Below, one piece after another: positions 23,101 to 36,527 of a stretch of 64,000 bases of DNA. The stretch lies in contig VJWM01000011.1 in the NCBI GenBank assembly GCA_010909165.1, positions 868,001 to 932,000 on the forward strand, given 5' to 3'. Under the pieces are notes generated by a model. It did no database searches and was not told the origin of the DNA. It was given only the letters and a program-made list of their open reading frames with translations. The DNA comes from Anthoceros angustus. Taxonomy: Eukaryota > Plantae > Anthocerotophyta. Positions within the stretch are counted from its first letter, which is position 1. Each line of letters opens with the position of its first letter. Made by a program: the position numbers and the translations under genes.

Positions 23101-26100
23101 GAGCACATTGCTTGCCGCAGTTGAACTCTTTACAATCTCTGCATGAGCTTCAAACTGCAAGATCCACACTATGGAGCACCGAATAAGGAACTCTCAAGGG
23201 TCCTGAATGGGAGATACGTATTAAGAAACAGAAGTCAAAGAAAACAAAACAAACTGGGCTAGTGCCACATGCCTTTTCAATTCTACTTATGGAGAGGGTG
23301 CCTGGTTGGCCGTTTGCTGCAACTGGGGTGAATTTCAGGACAAACGATTCTTGATTTCGGGCCTTGATTGCTTCTTCATGCTTCCTTTCATCTTCTGCTG
23401 TCAGCCGCACAGCAGTAGCCATCACCATCTCAATCTACAAACAGCTGTGTCAATAAGCTGATCACCTGAGCAGTCAGAAAAAAAAGACACAAAGATCACC
23501 ATAACCATACCGTCAATGTAATAGTCATGATTGAACTCTGTGAATGCCTGATTTCGCCACACCAGTATCCAGGAACTGATGGTAAATGGAATGGTGGAAG
23601 GAGGCACTTCCCAGCCTTAATTGGAAACAAACTGCTCTGGTCCCAGTCAAATTGTAGGCAATGCAGGCCTCCATTAATTGAAGTATCTAAATTTCCCTCC
23701 TCATCTATGACCTCGATCACAAGGCCTTTTAGCTCTTGACCCAAGAAGCATTTCTTTGGAACCTAAACAAAATAGAAGAGACAAACTGTTTTACAGCTAG
23801 CGAAGGAAGAGGTTTACACATCTCCAACGCATCCCACAAATGAAATGCCACAGCGATTGCATATTGCATGAACTGAGAGAACAGAAAATGAGAGACTGCC
23901 TCAGAAGAAAATCGTAGCATCCTTGACACTATGCTGAAGGGAACTTCCAGCAACACAATTCCTGCTGCTGTCTTGATAACCACCGAGCCTACAATAACCA
24001 CCACGATCTTGCAAAGTCTAAGAAGTTAGGCAGGGCAGGCACTAGACTAAGCCACGGCTGCATCAGAAATCTAAAACCTGAAGAGCCGTAGTCGCCGGTA
24101 ACTTTCAGGAGGTCTCCAAGGTCCAATGAGCCATCATCTTCGAGCTGAAACTGTGAAGTTGGACACACACAGACAGGGAATAAGATGATCAGAACAGTAG
24201 TAAGAGCATTAGGTACGGTAACATCCCTAGATCCTCTAGTTCAGCAGATACCTTGCCTTCTCTACTTTGCTTATTCATGAACTCTAGTCCATCCAACTCC
24301 ACAAGCATGCTCTGGCTGCTGTCAGCAGTGTTTCCAGCCATATCAAGGCCCTGGAACAGAAGCTCTGTAATCACATCACCTGGACTCCAAAGTGTATTCG
24401 AAATCTCTGTTTCGATAGTCTTCATCTCCATTGATACCAATCGTCCAGGAAGAACTAAGCACATACATCCGAATGAATGCCAAAAACTTATCTCAACTAG
24501 CAAGCCCAGACTCTCAATAAAAGGCTCTGGAGTATAGATAGGCAACCTTTGATAGGAAAAGGGCTAGAATTTTCTCCATTGGGAAGAGAGAATAGCAAAG
24601 CTGCTTCATATCTTGGCTTGATTGCTTCTTCATGCTTCCTTTCATCTTCTGCTGTCAGCCGCACAGCAGTAGCCATCACCATCTCAATCTACAAACAGCT
24701 GTGTCAATAAGCTGATCACCTGAGCAGTCAGAAAAAAGACACAAAGATCACCATAACCATACCGTCAATGTAATAGTCATGATTGAACTCTGTGAATGCC
24801 TGATTTCGCCACACCAGTATCCAGGAACTGATGGTAAATGGAATGGTGGAAGGAGGCACTTCCAGCCTTAATTGAAACAAACTGCTCTGGTCCCAGTCAA
24901 ATTGTAGGCAATGCAGGCCTCCATTGAAGTATCTAAATTTCCCTCCTCATCTATGACCTCGATCACAAGGCCTTTTAGCTCTTGACCCAAGAAGCATTTC
25001 TTTGGAACCTAAACAAATAGAAGAGACAAACTGTTTTACAGCTAGCGAAGGAAGAGGTTTACACATCTCCAACGCATCCCACAAATGAAATGCCACAGCG
25101 ATTGCATATTGCATGAACTGAGAGAACAGAAAATGAGAGACTGCCTCAGAAGAAAATCGTAGCATCCTTGACACTATGCTGAAGGGAACTTCCAGCAACA
25201 CAATTCCTGCTGCTGTCTTGATAACCACCGAGCCTACAATAACCACCACGATCTTGCAAAGTCTAAGAAGTTAGGCAGGGCAGGCACTAGACTAAGCCAC
25301 GGCTGCATCAGAAATCTAAAACCTGAAGAGCCGTGATGCCGGTAACTTTCAGGAGGTCTCCAAGGTCCAATGAGCCATCATCTTCGAGCTGAAACTGTGA
25401 AGTTGGACACACAGACAGGGAATAAGATGATCAGAACAGTAGTAAGAGCATTAGGTACGGTAACATCCCTAGATCCTCTAGTTCAGCAGATACCTTGCCT
25501 TCTCTACTTTGCTTATTCATGAACTCTAGTCCATCCAACTCCACAAGCATGCTCTGGCTGCTGTCAGCAGTGTTTCCAGCCATATCAAGGCCCTGGAACA
25601 GAAGCTCTGTAATCACATCACCTGGACTCCAAAGTGTATTCGAAATCTCTGTTTCGATAGTCTTCATCTCCATTGATACCAATCGTCCAGGAAGAACTAA
25701 GCACATACATCCGAATGAATGCCAAAAACTTATCTCAACTAGCAAGCCCAGACTCTCAATAAAAGGCTCTGGAGTATAGATAGGCAACCTTTGATAGGAA
25801 AAGGGCTAGAATTTTCTCCATTGGGAAGAGAGAATAGCAAAGCTGCTTCATATCTTGGCTTGATTGGGCTCAGATCCGCCGTGTTGAAGCAGAGGTGCTG
25901 CACTCACAAAAGCCACATCATGATGATGGTCAGACTAGAGATAATGCATCTTCATGACTTTGAAGAAGACAGCGTCATTAGGCAAGGGTTTTCAACAGTG
26001 AATGTCAGAGGGGAGAAAGACCCACCTTGATCATTAAGATCTGCTTGTCTGCTGTAGGAGCTAGTGCTTTCCAGACGGCCTGAATGTTGAGATCATCATC

Positions 26101-29100
26101 AAAACGTGTCAGAACCTTGATAGCCAGGTTCACATTAGCCTGATCTTCAAAAGACTGATAGTTGCCAAACCCATCAAGTTTCCGCAATCCAAAGCCTGGA
26201 TCGGCCATCTCCTCCCCGAGTCTGTACAAAAAGCCTCAAATTGCTGTCACCCAGCATAGGGGAGCTAACCAAAACAGCAAATGCCAAATCATGTATGTAC
26301 CTGAACTCTGGAGGCGATTCGGGAGGGAAAATTTCCCACTTCACTGTTGCATCAGCAGGTTTGACTTTCAGCTGGTGTTCCAGTGGCGCAACTTCTTTGT
26401 ACTTCTCACTGACCTACGCAGGAGTGAATACCAAAGCCAATTTCACAACCCGCCAAACAAAAAGCAGTTGTACAAGTAAGACTACGATCCTAAGAACATG
26501 ACAAGATTGGCACTCACAAGTGAGAACTGAAAGACGTAGTGGCCTTGTGTTTCGAGGACTTGGCCCAGTCTTGCATTCTTAGTGCTGAAAAGGTAGAGGC
26601 CTTTCACGCCTTGCAGTGTTTCCGCCTCAGCAATGACCTCATATACCTCCGGGTTACAATTTTTCCTTGATGGAAACGTTACAGTCATTTTTAACTGCAG
26701 GGCTTCGGTACAAATAGAAGCTTGCTTGCTGGATCCACTGACATGCTTTACTCGAACCACAGCCAAAAATTGAGATGGCAAAACATAGCCAGCATTGACC
26801 ACTCTCTGTCCTACTGGAAATGCCTGCAGAATCAAACACACAAATCACAATCAAGCAATGGTTGCAAAAGCTTTTCTATCTACCTAGTGGTAGCATGCAA
26901 GTTCTTCAGATTCGTAATCATTCTACCTACCTGGTGGTGCAGGGACATGCAGGAGGATCTTGGATAAGTTTTGCATTTAGACATACCTCATTTATCCCTA
27001 GTGACCGACTCTCTTGCACATCCAGCAGCGCGAGTCGGCTCGGAGATTTGTTTCGAATATCCTCAATTCTTCTTTCCCACTGTTGCTCACTGACCCTTTG
27101 GCACTGATCACGAACTTCGTCAGTAACAATCAGGTCCTGTAAGAACCATTCGTTGAACTTGCTCGAAATCCCAAAATGTGTACTTTGTCAACAAACCTTG
27201 TCAGAATTGAGAACAGCGACGGGAAAGACTGTGGACTGTTTTAAGTCAAAAACCATATCCAGTATTCTGAGAGAGCATCCAAGAGTATCTGGAACATCCA
27301 TTGGTCTGCCATTCAACCAGAGCAATTGATGAGACACGTGTACTGGACAGGGAAGGCAAAATATGAAGGGAAGAGAGAAATACCTGCAGACCATCCAAAC
27401 ATCACCTGCATCTCAGTTAAGTCAGTCAGATGCAGCTATGTCATGCGTCAAGCTATTTGATATTCCGAGAGCATAGAAAGGGGACTGAAATCACGGACTG
27501 GGATTGCTTGAGATCTTACAATCAACAATGTCATCTCTATTAGAGAACTCGTGGAAAAAGTACTCAATTGTTGCGTAGAGGTCACGTTTGATAGTACTAA
27601 CTGAACCCTTCTGCAACTTTATCCTTGTTGGCACTTTCGTCAAATCCCACTCGTTCTTAGAATCCTTGATGTGCAGATGGAAACGCAATGCTGCAGTTTA
27701 CATCAGATGTCAGAGAAAATATGACGACCATGTACTCATAAGAAATCTGCAAAACAAAAGAAAGGACCTCAGCCAGGGCAGCTCCAAATGTGATTCAAGG
27801 GGTAATTGACAGATTCTTACGTATACCTCTTGGAGGCAAACCATTCCTCGTGGGCAAATTGCTCAGCCCTTCGTGATTCATAACAATCGTTGGCCTATCA
27901 TTCTCACCGAATGTGACCTCTTCATCAAACTTTTCATGCATGAGTTTCAGCCAGCCCATATACTCCTTGGCAAGCTTGTCAGGTGCAAGGAATTTGCCAT
28001 CTCTTCTCAAATAAACCTTTACACCTTCACAAGAGCTCTAGTCAGCATATTCACCCACTCAACTTAAGTCATGCAACACCGGACTAGTGAATAGTAACAG
28101 ACCACATGCCGTTGTTTTTGAAAGCTCCTGCTCAGAAGCACCTAGTTTTTGTGCAGCGACTGTGAACGGATGGTCTCTATCTAACTCTGTCTGCCAACTC
28201 CAAATCGGAAAATTACGGGTCAGTTCCTTTCTAGCCATGCGCAGCTGCATATACTTACAAAGAAACGCCCAACCAATAGCATCTACCACCTTTGATTGAG
28301 TTGGTTGGAAGCCAGCATCAGTATCTGAGAACAAACAAATGGATGTCAGGCTAAAACGTAATCCACAATGTCTACAGTATGTCTGCCTTACCACGAAAGG
28401 ACATCACTGAAGACATCAGCAACAGTAATTAAAAATGACGCTATAACCACCTTACCTAAGAATGCTTTCACTCTCTGTGTCCACAAGGGTCGTACTGTAG
28501 CATGTTGTTTCGGCCGGAATTCCATGAAAGGAAGCAAACCCTGTAACAACAGCGATTCAGATAGCTCAGCCAATCCAAAAGCAATATAAGTGCTCCTAAT
28601 AGCCATAGGACAGATTGACTGAACTTCAATGTACCCATCTCGTTTCTGGCAACAGCCTCCCGAGCCATCGTACTCCAACACGGGCCATCGTTTGGAATGT
28701 CTCCCCAGGCCTGATGCTCCTCACGTCCTCCAAAACAGCATCTAGAGCCTCCTTGCCCTGGCACCAGAGTACTGTGTCAAGTACTCTTATCACATTGACC
28801 CGCACAACCAGAAATTCTCGCGAATGAAAAAAAAAAGGCAGACCTTAGTGTTTGGAAAATAATGGCAACAAAGTCTTGCATTTGCTTCAGTCTCGCAGTT
28901 CACACCAAGAGCTTTTTCTGAAGAACTTTCTGCCAAGCATGCCAGGGTGCTTAGTCACCAAATGCAGCAATTGCCCGTTACAGCTAATCAATATCAGCAA
29001 TCTGAGGGGAGCCAACCTTCAGGTACCATCTTGAAGTTCATATCTATAACAAATGGCTCTCCCGGGCAGGAGTGTTTGTTGGAAGCCGTAACTTCACCTC

Positions 29101-31464
29101 CTTCCACTTCTGTAAGATTTTGACCGTTAACCTGCAAGACGGATGCCTCAGGATCCCTGCTATAGATGAAAAGGAAAGGTTTACAACCAGCTGACCTGAA
29201 ACGAAATCTAGCTTGCCCTACCTCAAAAGTCACTGGGCATGTAGTCCCTCTGCTTTGGTCGCACTGCAACTCCACATGAACAAAATTGATCAAGTATGGC
29301 CAGACAACACTACCGACCAAGCTAGATACACAAGGGTGCCGCCCTGCAGCAATGCAAGGCAAATCTTGACCGGACTTTGAAACCCAGCAGTTAACATGCC
29401 TGGATATATGGTGCATAGATGTCCTTCAGCGTTTGCTTCACATGGTTTTCCTTCCAGAGGTTGCCTTCCTTGTCCCCCCTTCTATCGAAAAAATCATACT
29501 GCTTTTGCAACCCAGTTATCTCTACCTGCAAAGAGTCAAAGATTTACCATCATCTCTCACCACAGGACATGGAGAATGGCTGATGCTAGAAAGAGCTGCC
29601 TGACTGCTGACCTTTGTAAAGCTACCACCGGGTGCTTTCTCATGTTCAGATTTAGACATCTTTCGAAGGTTCCCATTCACCTGGACCAGACCACAGGAGT
29701 GGGTCTATGAGCAAAATGTACGCCGACAAGCCACCTAATTCACTAGATTAAAGCACAGATTTCTCAAGAGCGCAACTTGTTTACCTCCCAAAACCTCTCC
29801 GCAGGCTCTTGCTTCAAGCGTCCCTTCAGCTTCTCGGGATCCAGCACCAGACTGCAAACCATCTTTGACTTGGAAGTCTTGGACCATACAGTCACCTTAC
29901 TGTAGGTGAACGTGTTAAGATATCATCGGGAGCAAGTCCAGCTTCTACAAAGAATCTGCTCCTCATGTACTTGACTGACCTTCCAAGGTGCAGAGCCGAA
30001 GCGACAGCTCCAGCGCCGTACTTTCCCAAGTATGGCTGCGCAGTAGCAAGGACCACGTTTCAAACACTGGGAGCAGTCCGCAAACGCACGAACGTGAAGC
30101 AACTGACTACACCACCCTGAGAATACCAGCAAGAAGGGCGGCGGCAGGTTTCTGCTCCCCATGGCTTGGTGGTGCACCTCTCGATGGCTCGAGCTCCCCA
30201 GAGTGCCCCTGCGTGTGAAACACCCCACTGCCATAAGTTCCCTCCCTGCACTGCCCAGCCCAGCCCAGCCCAGCCCACATCAACCTGTGGGTACGTGAGT
30301 CGAGCACGACAGCTCACCACTTTACAATGCAATTCTCGCCATCCTCAGCAGTCATCCCCTTCCCGTTGTCAAAGATGGTGACCTTGTCCCGTTCTATGTC
30401 CACACTGTAACAGCAACGCCCACATTCACTCAAACAAGAAGTTTCTGGGCTACGATTCAATGCCTGCCACCCAAGCTCCAACGGCCCATGAACCTGATCA
30501 GCCTCTGTATTCCCGTGTTCGTCCAAACGGCTTGGAGTGCATTATCCTGCAAGAAAGAAATTCCAAAACCCAACAGTGAGACACCCACGAATTCCAAGCA
30601 TTCCAACCCAGACAGCTCCCAGGCACGCACCACTTGGTCTGCCAGAGCTGTCTCCATCTTGTACCCCTGAGGTAGCCTCGTAAGCATAGCGGGCTCGGGA
30701 GTGACATTCCACAATTGCTGCACCCGTAGACCCACCACATCATCACACAGGCCACAAGGAACAAGAAAGTGACTAAACCACCTGATTGAAGAAAATCCAC
30801 GCACCTTGTCGCCATAATTAGCATCGGGCTTCCCATCAGCGAGCAGCAACATCCGGCTGCTCTCAGAAGAGGCGCAAAAGGCAGCAAATTCCTCCTGGGT
30901 CCGAATCGCCTCAACACGAGCGTCGCTGGGATCGTCCAGCCACGCTGAACTCCAGTCAATTTCCCTTCCCCGCTCCGAGGGCTCCCCGCTGCAGGACTCG
31001 AACCGCAGCCGGTCCAGAACCTCCTGCAGCGACGCGGGCCTGTCCCTGGCCACCTGCACCTTCACGGACGTGTAGTTGGGCAGCAGCACGTTGAGCTGCA
31101 GCCCGGGCAGGGGTGCGGGTGCGGGCATCAACGCCAGCCTCGCCTTCTTCCTCCTCGCATCCGCCTCCTCGGAATTGCGACCCAGCTCCAGCTTCCTCCT
31201 CGACTCCGAGGCCTCTGGAGTGCTCAGCACCTGCGACAGGCTCATAGTCCCCGGGCTCCCACTGCTCCTCTCCTGCCTGCGGCTGCTGCTGCTGCCAGCA
31301 GCAGCAGCAGGCCGCCCCATCGTCTCCACCCCTCGACCCCGCTGCTCCACACGCCGCCTGGTGTAAGCCCCAGACTGGGACTGGGACTGGGACTGGGACT
31401 GCGACTGGCACCGCCCACCAAGAATGGGCGGAGGCTCCGCTTCCTTGCCGCTCCCATCCTCCAT
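20124..31464 (-). CDS. GMI1: GMI1-like protein (N-terminal GHKL/HATPase, C-terminal SMC hinge; SMCHD1/DMS3-related), multi-exon
   Basis: N-terminus: LWNVTPEPAMLTRLPQGYKMETALADQVDNALQAVW...VTIFDNGKGMTAEDGENCIVKW (GHKL motifs I/II). C-terminal hinge: DVLGVVATLGRVEDDSL, CPPGFLGYAVNLI, GLRESLFF, GAVSLD, followed by a coiled coil. Many short GT-AG introns and several frameshifts are present. The 3' end is approximate. Confidence 0.88.
23362..25865. repeat. ~1.25-kb direct tandem duplication inside the GMI1-like gene
   Basis: 23362-24617 is almost identical to 24618-25865. ORFs 24189-24545 and 25431-25787 translate identically. CTTGATTG occurs at both ends and at the junction. Confidence 0.95.
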
Positions 31465-31973
31465 CGCCGGCTAAATTCCACAATTCAGAATTTACACTTC
31501 CACAATCGAGCAATCGAGCAATCGAGCACTCGAGCTCTGCGCTGCTTTGCCGTACTAGGCTGCGCGCACAGGAGCGGAGCGTAGTGCCAAATCCAGACTG
31601 CCCACAAAGAAAGACGAATAGTTCTACATGGAGCGTAGAGCACTGCAGCAGAGTGGAGCTCAAGTGTGACAAAACTTCCAGACCAGATTCCCTTTCCCAC
31701 GACAGCTGAGAGAAAGATACACTTCACGCTCCGACAGCATGATAGAGAGAGAGGGGATGGTACTGTACATACATTCATGACTACGCCGGCCACCCAGCAT
31801 GCGTTTGCCTGCCTGCCTGCCTCCTGCTCCACTAATTACGAGCAGCGTTATGTAGCGTAAAGTCAGTCATTAGGAGCGGGCCGTCATAAGCGCGGGAAAT
31901 TGAAACGGCACAGTCACATGGTTGCATCATGCATAGCTATCGTATCGCATGTATGTATGTGTTGTACAACATG

Positions 31974-34143
31974 TCATGAGCTTGAGCTTCTCATGTGCTG
32001 CTGCACCATCTCCTGGGAGAAGGGGTAGAGGTGCGCTTCGCGGGTGCCCAGGAAGGTGCTCCAGATGAGGTGCACGCTCTCCAGCTTCGGGCACGCGCGC
32101 TGCAGGCTTGAAAGGTGCTCCAGGGACAGAGGCTGCCTTGATTCCAGTCGAAGCCGTTTCAGGGAAGGCAGGTTCCATGATTCGAACAGGCACAGCTGGA
32201 GGTCCGCGAACACGCCCAACGCTATGGCTGTTAGGGAGCCCAGGCCCTGCGCGCAAGAACACCAGAGCCCACATGACGTTGAGGTGCCTGACATGGGATG
32301 TGGAGTGATGGTATGTGGGAGGAGGGAGGGGGCCCTGGTGGATGGACCTTGAAGTATGAGGCGACTGCGGGAGGAAGGCCTGGGTCCGAAGGGGGCTCCA
32401 AGTCGCTGTGCAGGTCCATGGCCTGGGATGGAGGACGTTGTCAGATGAAGCGGCAGCCCGGACATCGAGTGAGATGTGCATGGAGGGAAGGACCCTGGAC
32501 TGTGCTTCTCACCTCCAGATTGGGGCAGGCTGCGGATAATGCTTCAAGAGTTGCCCCGGACAGTTCACATCGGTTGATTGCTAAGGCTTGGAGTGGTGGA
32601 GGGCCAGCTTGGATCAACGCCATCACTTCCTGCACATGTTGCACCACACACGTCGGCTGGCTCCGTTCCAGAAGGACAGAAACAGAGAGGACACTGCGTT
32701 CACTTGGTGTCTGACCTTGTCACCACACCTGGCGTGCTCGTGCCAAATGATTTCCGACTTCATCGACTGTCCAAAGGATCTGCGGAAAAGCTTGACAACT
32801 TCTTTGGTCAGCACATTTTTGGGGTATCAAGGTAAAGAAAGCTGGTGATGGCCATGACTTACGGCATTCGCAGTTCTATCGAAAGAGTGTTTAGCTTAGG
32901 GAGTGCTCCAAGCTCAGCCAAAATTCTCCGGTACACAGGTCTGAAGGTCACATGCTGGAGCCATTCAATAAGGCACAAGACACATGAGAAGAGGAAGGAA
33001 CTCCGAACACGATAAAGTGACCAGTATTTGTTCGGCACTGAAATCCACATACCTGCAACACAAGGGTCACGGAGGCCAGGTCAGGGCAGAGCTCATGGAT
33101 GTCTGTGAACGCTTTGTCAGAGAGCTGCCCACAGCCGCAGTGTGTCACGAGAGGCCCAGTCCTTTCGGACTGAATGTCTCCATTCTGGAGGAATCCAATG
33201 GTACGATTTGACTGCCGGCCTCCACAAACATGTTGCAGCCGCACTGTGTGCAGGCGTGGGCAGCTCTTCAGAATAAGCCTGTCATCAGAAATTTTTTCGA
33301 GCCATCAAAGAGTCGACCACCCTGGGCGAGCCTGCAACAATACCAAGCTAACCATCTATCACCAGCAACAGCGACAGGGATTTGGTAGACCTCGTGGTAT
33401 CAAGGAGGACAGGAAGCATCTTCATGGTGATGACAAAAACAAGGATGCCAGGAAATGACTCACTGCACTGTTTGATCGCTCAGGCGTGAGGAGCTCACAT
33501 CCACATCTCCCAAATACCTGTTGCGACAGACATTATCAGCCTCTCCATAACGTACGAAGAGGAAGCACACACTTGAACAACCAACACTGGCAGCTTCACC
33601 TCACCTTCCCATAACCATCTTTTCAGCAACAATCTCCAGAAAGTTGTTCCTGTGTACCAAAGACTGCATGGGAGACGGCGTGCGAGGAGAGCAACCAGCG
33701 TCATCCCACTGGGCCGGCAAAACGTCCACCTTCAAAGGCTTTAAAAGGGAACTCTGCAGGCTTCTTGGAGTTTTGAACTTGGCCAGAGGTGAGTGTGCTG
33801 CAGGGTTTATCCACTGCTTTGGAAGGGGCGTCTTCGGGTTCCTGGGAGGCACTGAAGTTTCGAAACCCTCCTTCCTCGGAACATCATCATCCAAAGCCCA
33901 GGACCGGAGCAGCGAGGAATCCAGAGCCACATCTCGCCATGTTCTGCACTTCGGAACCATGGTCAGCTTCCAGCTGCGTGCCGGAGCACTGGCCTGCTGA
34001 AGAAACGCACCACAAAATATCTTGACTTGCCGAGGCAGACAAACATACTTGCAGACAGCGGCCGCTGCCACCAGGTCCCTTGGGGCTGTCAGACGCTGGA
34101 TGATGAACGCCACAACGTCGCGGACACAAACCGCTGTTTCCAT
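31974..34143 (-). CDS. F-box/LRR (RNI-like) protein, multi-exon
   Basis: F-box-like N-terminus RDVVAFIIQRLTAPRDLVAAAAVCK|TWRDVA. LRR-like segments CPDLASVTL, LPKLNTLSIEL, LQALAINRCELS...ACPNLE, LPSLKRLRLE and ACPKLESVHL follow. Confidence 0.75.
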
Positions 34144-34734
34144 TCCTCACCACCGGATGCCTGATCCGAAGATGTGCTCCGGGCGCCTTCAACACCCTAT
34201 CCCGCCGATTCTCCTGACGCTAATCAACCCCACCGCGCGCGCACACATGCCTGCACCTTCCGCCCCAGCCACCATCAAAACGTCGAAACGAAGAAACATT
34301 GCGGTCACCATCCCGACCACACTCCGTGCGGACTTGAGATGAATAACGGCTCCCTCAACGGAAAGCATATTTGAACTGCATCGGTGGATTGACCAATTCA
34401 CCAAAGCCAGAAGTTGGCAACGAGACAGCGTACATGACAACGCTCCCGGGAATCGATCCCTCGTTGTCTGGCGTACAACCGACGCCAGAGGCCAGCGAGG
34501 CCACCCTAACATTCCCACAATTACAATGTTTGACACATGTACATACCTACCTACGTACATACATCCCTTGCTGGATACAGATATTAACTTAAATACTTAG
34601 AAAAAACAAAAACCTTCACCTACTTTACTTAAATTTGGTAGTGGCACGCCTCTCTCATGGGAGTATGCTAAAGAAAAGAAGAACAATTTTATTTAAATCC
34701 ACTAAGGACGGATTTTTGTCATGTGACTGGTACT

Positions 34735-35020
34735 TAACAACTTGTACCATGGTGTGCCTAAGCTACTTGCCCCAAGGACATTCACTCCCTTCAGGCACCC
34801 CATTTAAGTATCGATTTACTTAACAACTTGTACCATGGTGTGCCTGAGCTACTTGCACCAAGGGCATCCACTCCCTTCAAGCACCCCATCTAAGTACCGA
34901 TCTAAGCACAGGATGTTTAATCACTTCTACCATGGTGTGCCTAAGCTACTTGCACCAAGGGCATCCACTCCCTTCAGGCACCCCAGCTAAGTACCAATCT
35001 AAGCACAAGATGCTTAATCA
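34735..35020. repeat. Degenerate tandem repeat (3 copies, ~85-100 bp)
   Basis: Repeated TACCATGGTGTGCCT(A/G)AGCTACTTGC...CACTCCCTTCA(G/A)GCACCCCA. Confidence 0.85.
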
Positions 35021-35206
35021 CGACGTTCTTATAAATGTGTGTCCATTTGGCCTAAGCCATTTGGAGGACAATAATAGACAAAGAAGAAGAATCTCTAGTC
35101 CAATAAGAACGGCTTTTCCATTACAGGACCTAGTACCCGACAAACTTGCACCATGCTATGTCTAAGCTACTTGCACAATGACATCCTTCCCTGCTAATCA
35201 CCTGGT

Positions 35207-35330
35207 ACCCAACAACTTGCATCGAGGTGTGTCAAAAGCTTCTTGTGCGACTGAATGCGTAATAGGGACCCAACAACTTGCATCGAGGTGTGTCAAAAGC
35301 TTCTTGTGCGACTGAATGCGTAATAGGGAC
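35207..35330. repeat. Perfect ~61-bp tandem duplication
   Basis: CCCAACAACTTGCATCGAGGTGTGTCAAAAGCTTCTTGTGCGACTGAATGCGTAATAGGGA occurs twice. Confidence 0.9.
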
Positions 35331-36527
35331 GTTCTTATAAACGTGTGTTTATATGGTCTAAGCCTTTTGAACAAAGCGCTCTTGGGTAAGTCTACTTTAC
35401 TTTACTTTACTTTAAACTTCGGTTATCACTATGGGCTATCTATATGTTTGCACAGTATGAATGCTCTCTTTCACATATTGAAATTTAAGGATTAAAGTTA
35501 CCAGCATCGGTTTAAACGTCCCCTTATAATATTATAGTTATTAAGGGAAGTCTGTGAGCAAGAAAAAAGAATTATGAAAATTCTCTCTCAAGTGGACTAT
35601 AATAGATGACTTCTTCTTCTCTTCTTGGTACATACGTACCCTAACGAACCCTTACTAACCTAAGTGCTAGCAATAGCAAATGGTGGTGGACTTGAAAGCT
35701 GATACGTTGTTGGCTAGGGACCAAAAGAGAGGCGTCGGATCATAAAAGAGAATATGTTCACCTAATGCCATATTCAAAATGGTATTCAAAATACCAAATT
35801 AAAATTTTTTTAACCTAATGCCATAGAATGTTTATCGCCATCAATATACGAGAATTCGACTTGATCTTCGAAGTGAGCCATGGTCTTAGAAATTATCTGC
35901 TTAGGACCTAAAAGAATGGGCTAAACCCCATAGAAAGATATGTATGTACTGAAACTTGAAAACGAACGATGCAGAAACAGGTTCCGTGGACGCAGATCGT
36001 TGGACAATCAATCAATGATGCAGAGCTGGGTTCCATGGACGCTGATCTTCGGAGGTACCCGTTAGAATCCGAAAAGTCCGTCGATACTTGCCGTAGGTAT
36101 GTTCGAAGAGTGTAGGTATGTAAAAAAATTTCAACTCGGGAAGCAGGGCAACAGCTGAGGTCCCCAGCAGCACAGTATCAACCTTCAGGCTCTCAACATG
36201 GAGTTGATTGTGAGGACTTGTAGAAGTCAACAGAGCAATACATGTCTGCAACTACCGGTGGTGAGGAACTGCCGACCTGGCACCTCCTGATGTTGCAAAT
36301 CACTGCATGATGCATTCTTTGACAGATGCTTATGCTTGGTTTGGTTGCAACGGAGGCATCTGAGCAGACACGATGGCGGGAGAAGTCGCTGGCTAACTAG
36401 TGATGATGCCGGTTCAGGTCAAAAAAAGGTAAATTGGGCACTTGTGGTGACGATGCTCATGTGTTTGCACTGTTTGGGGCTGGTGTTTTGATCACGCCAC
36501 AATGCAGGCAGCCCCCAAGTTCCTGTA

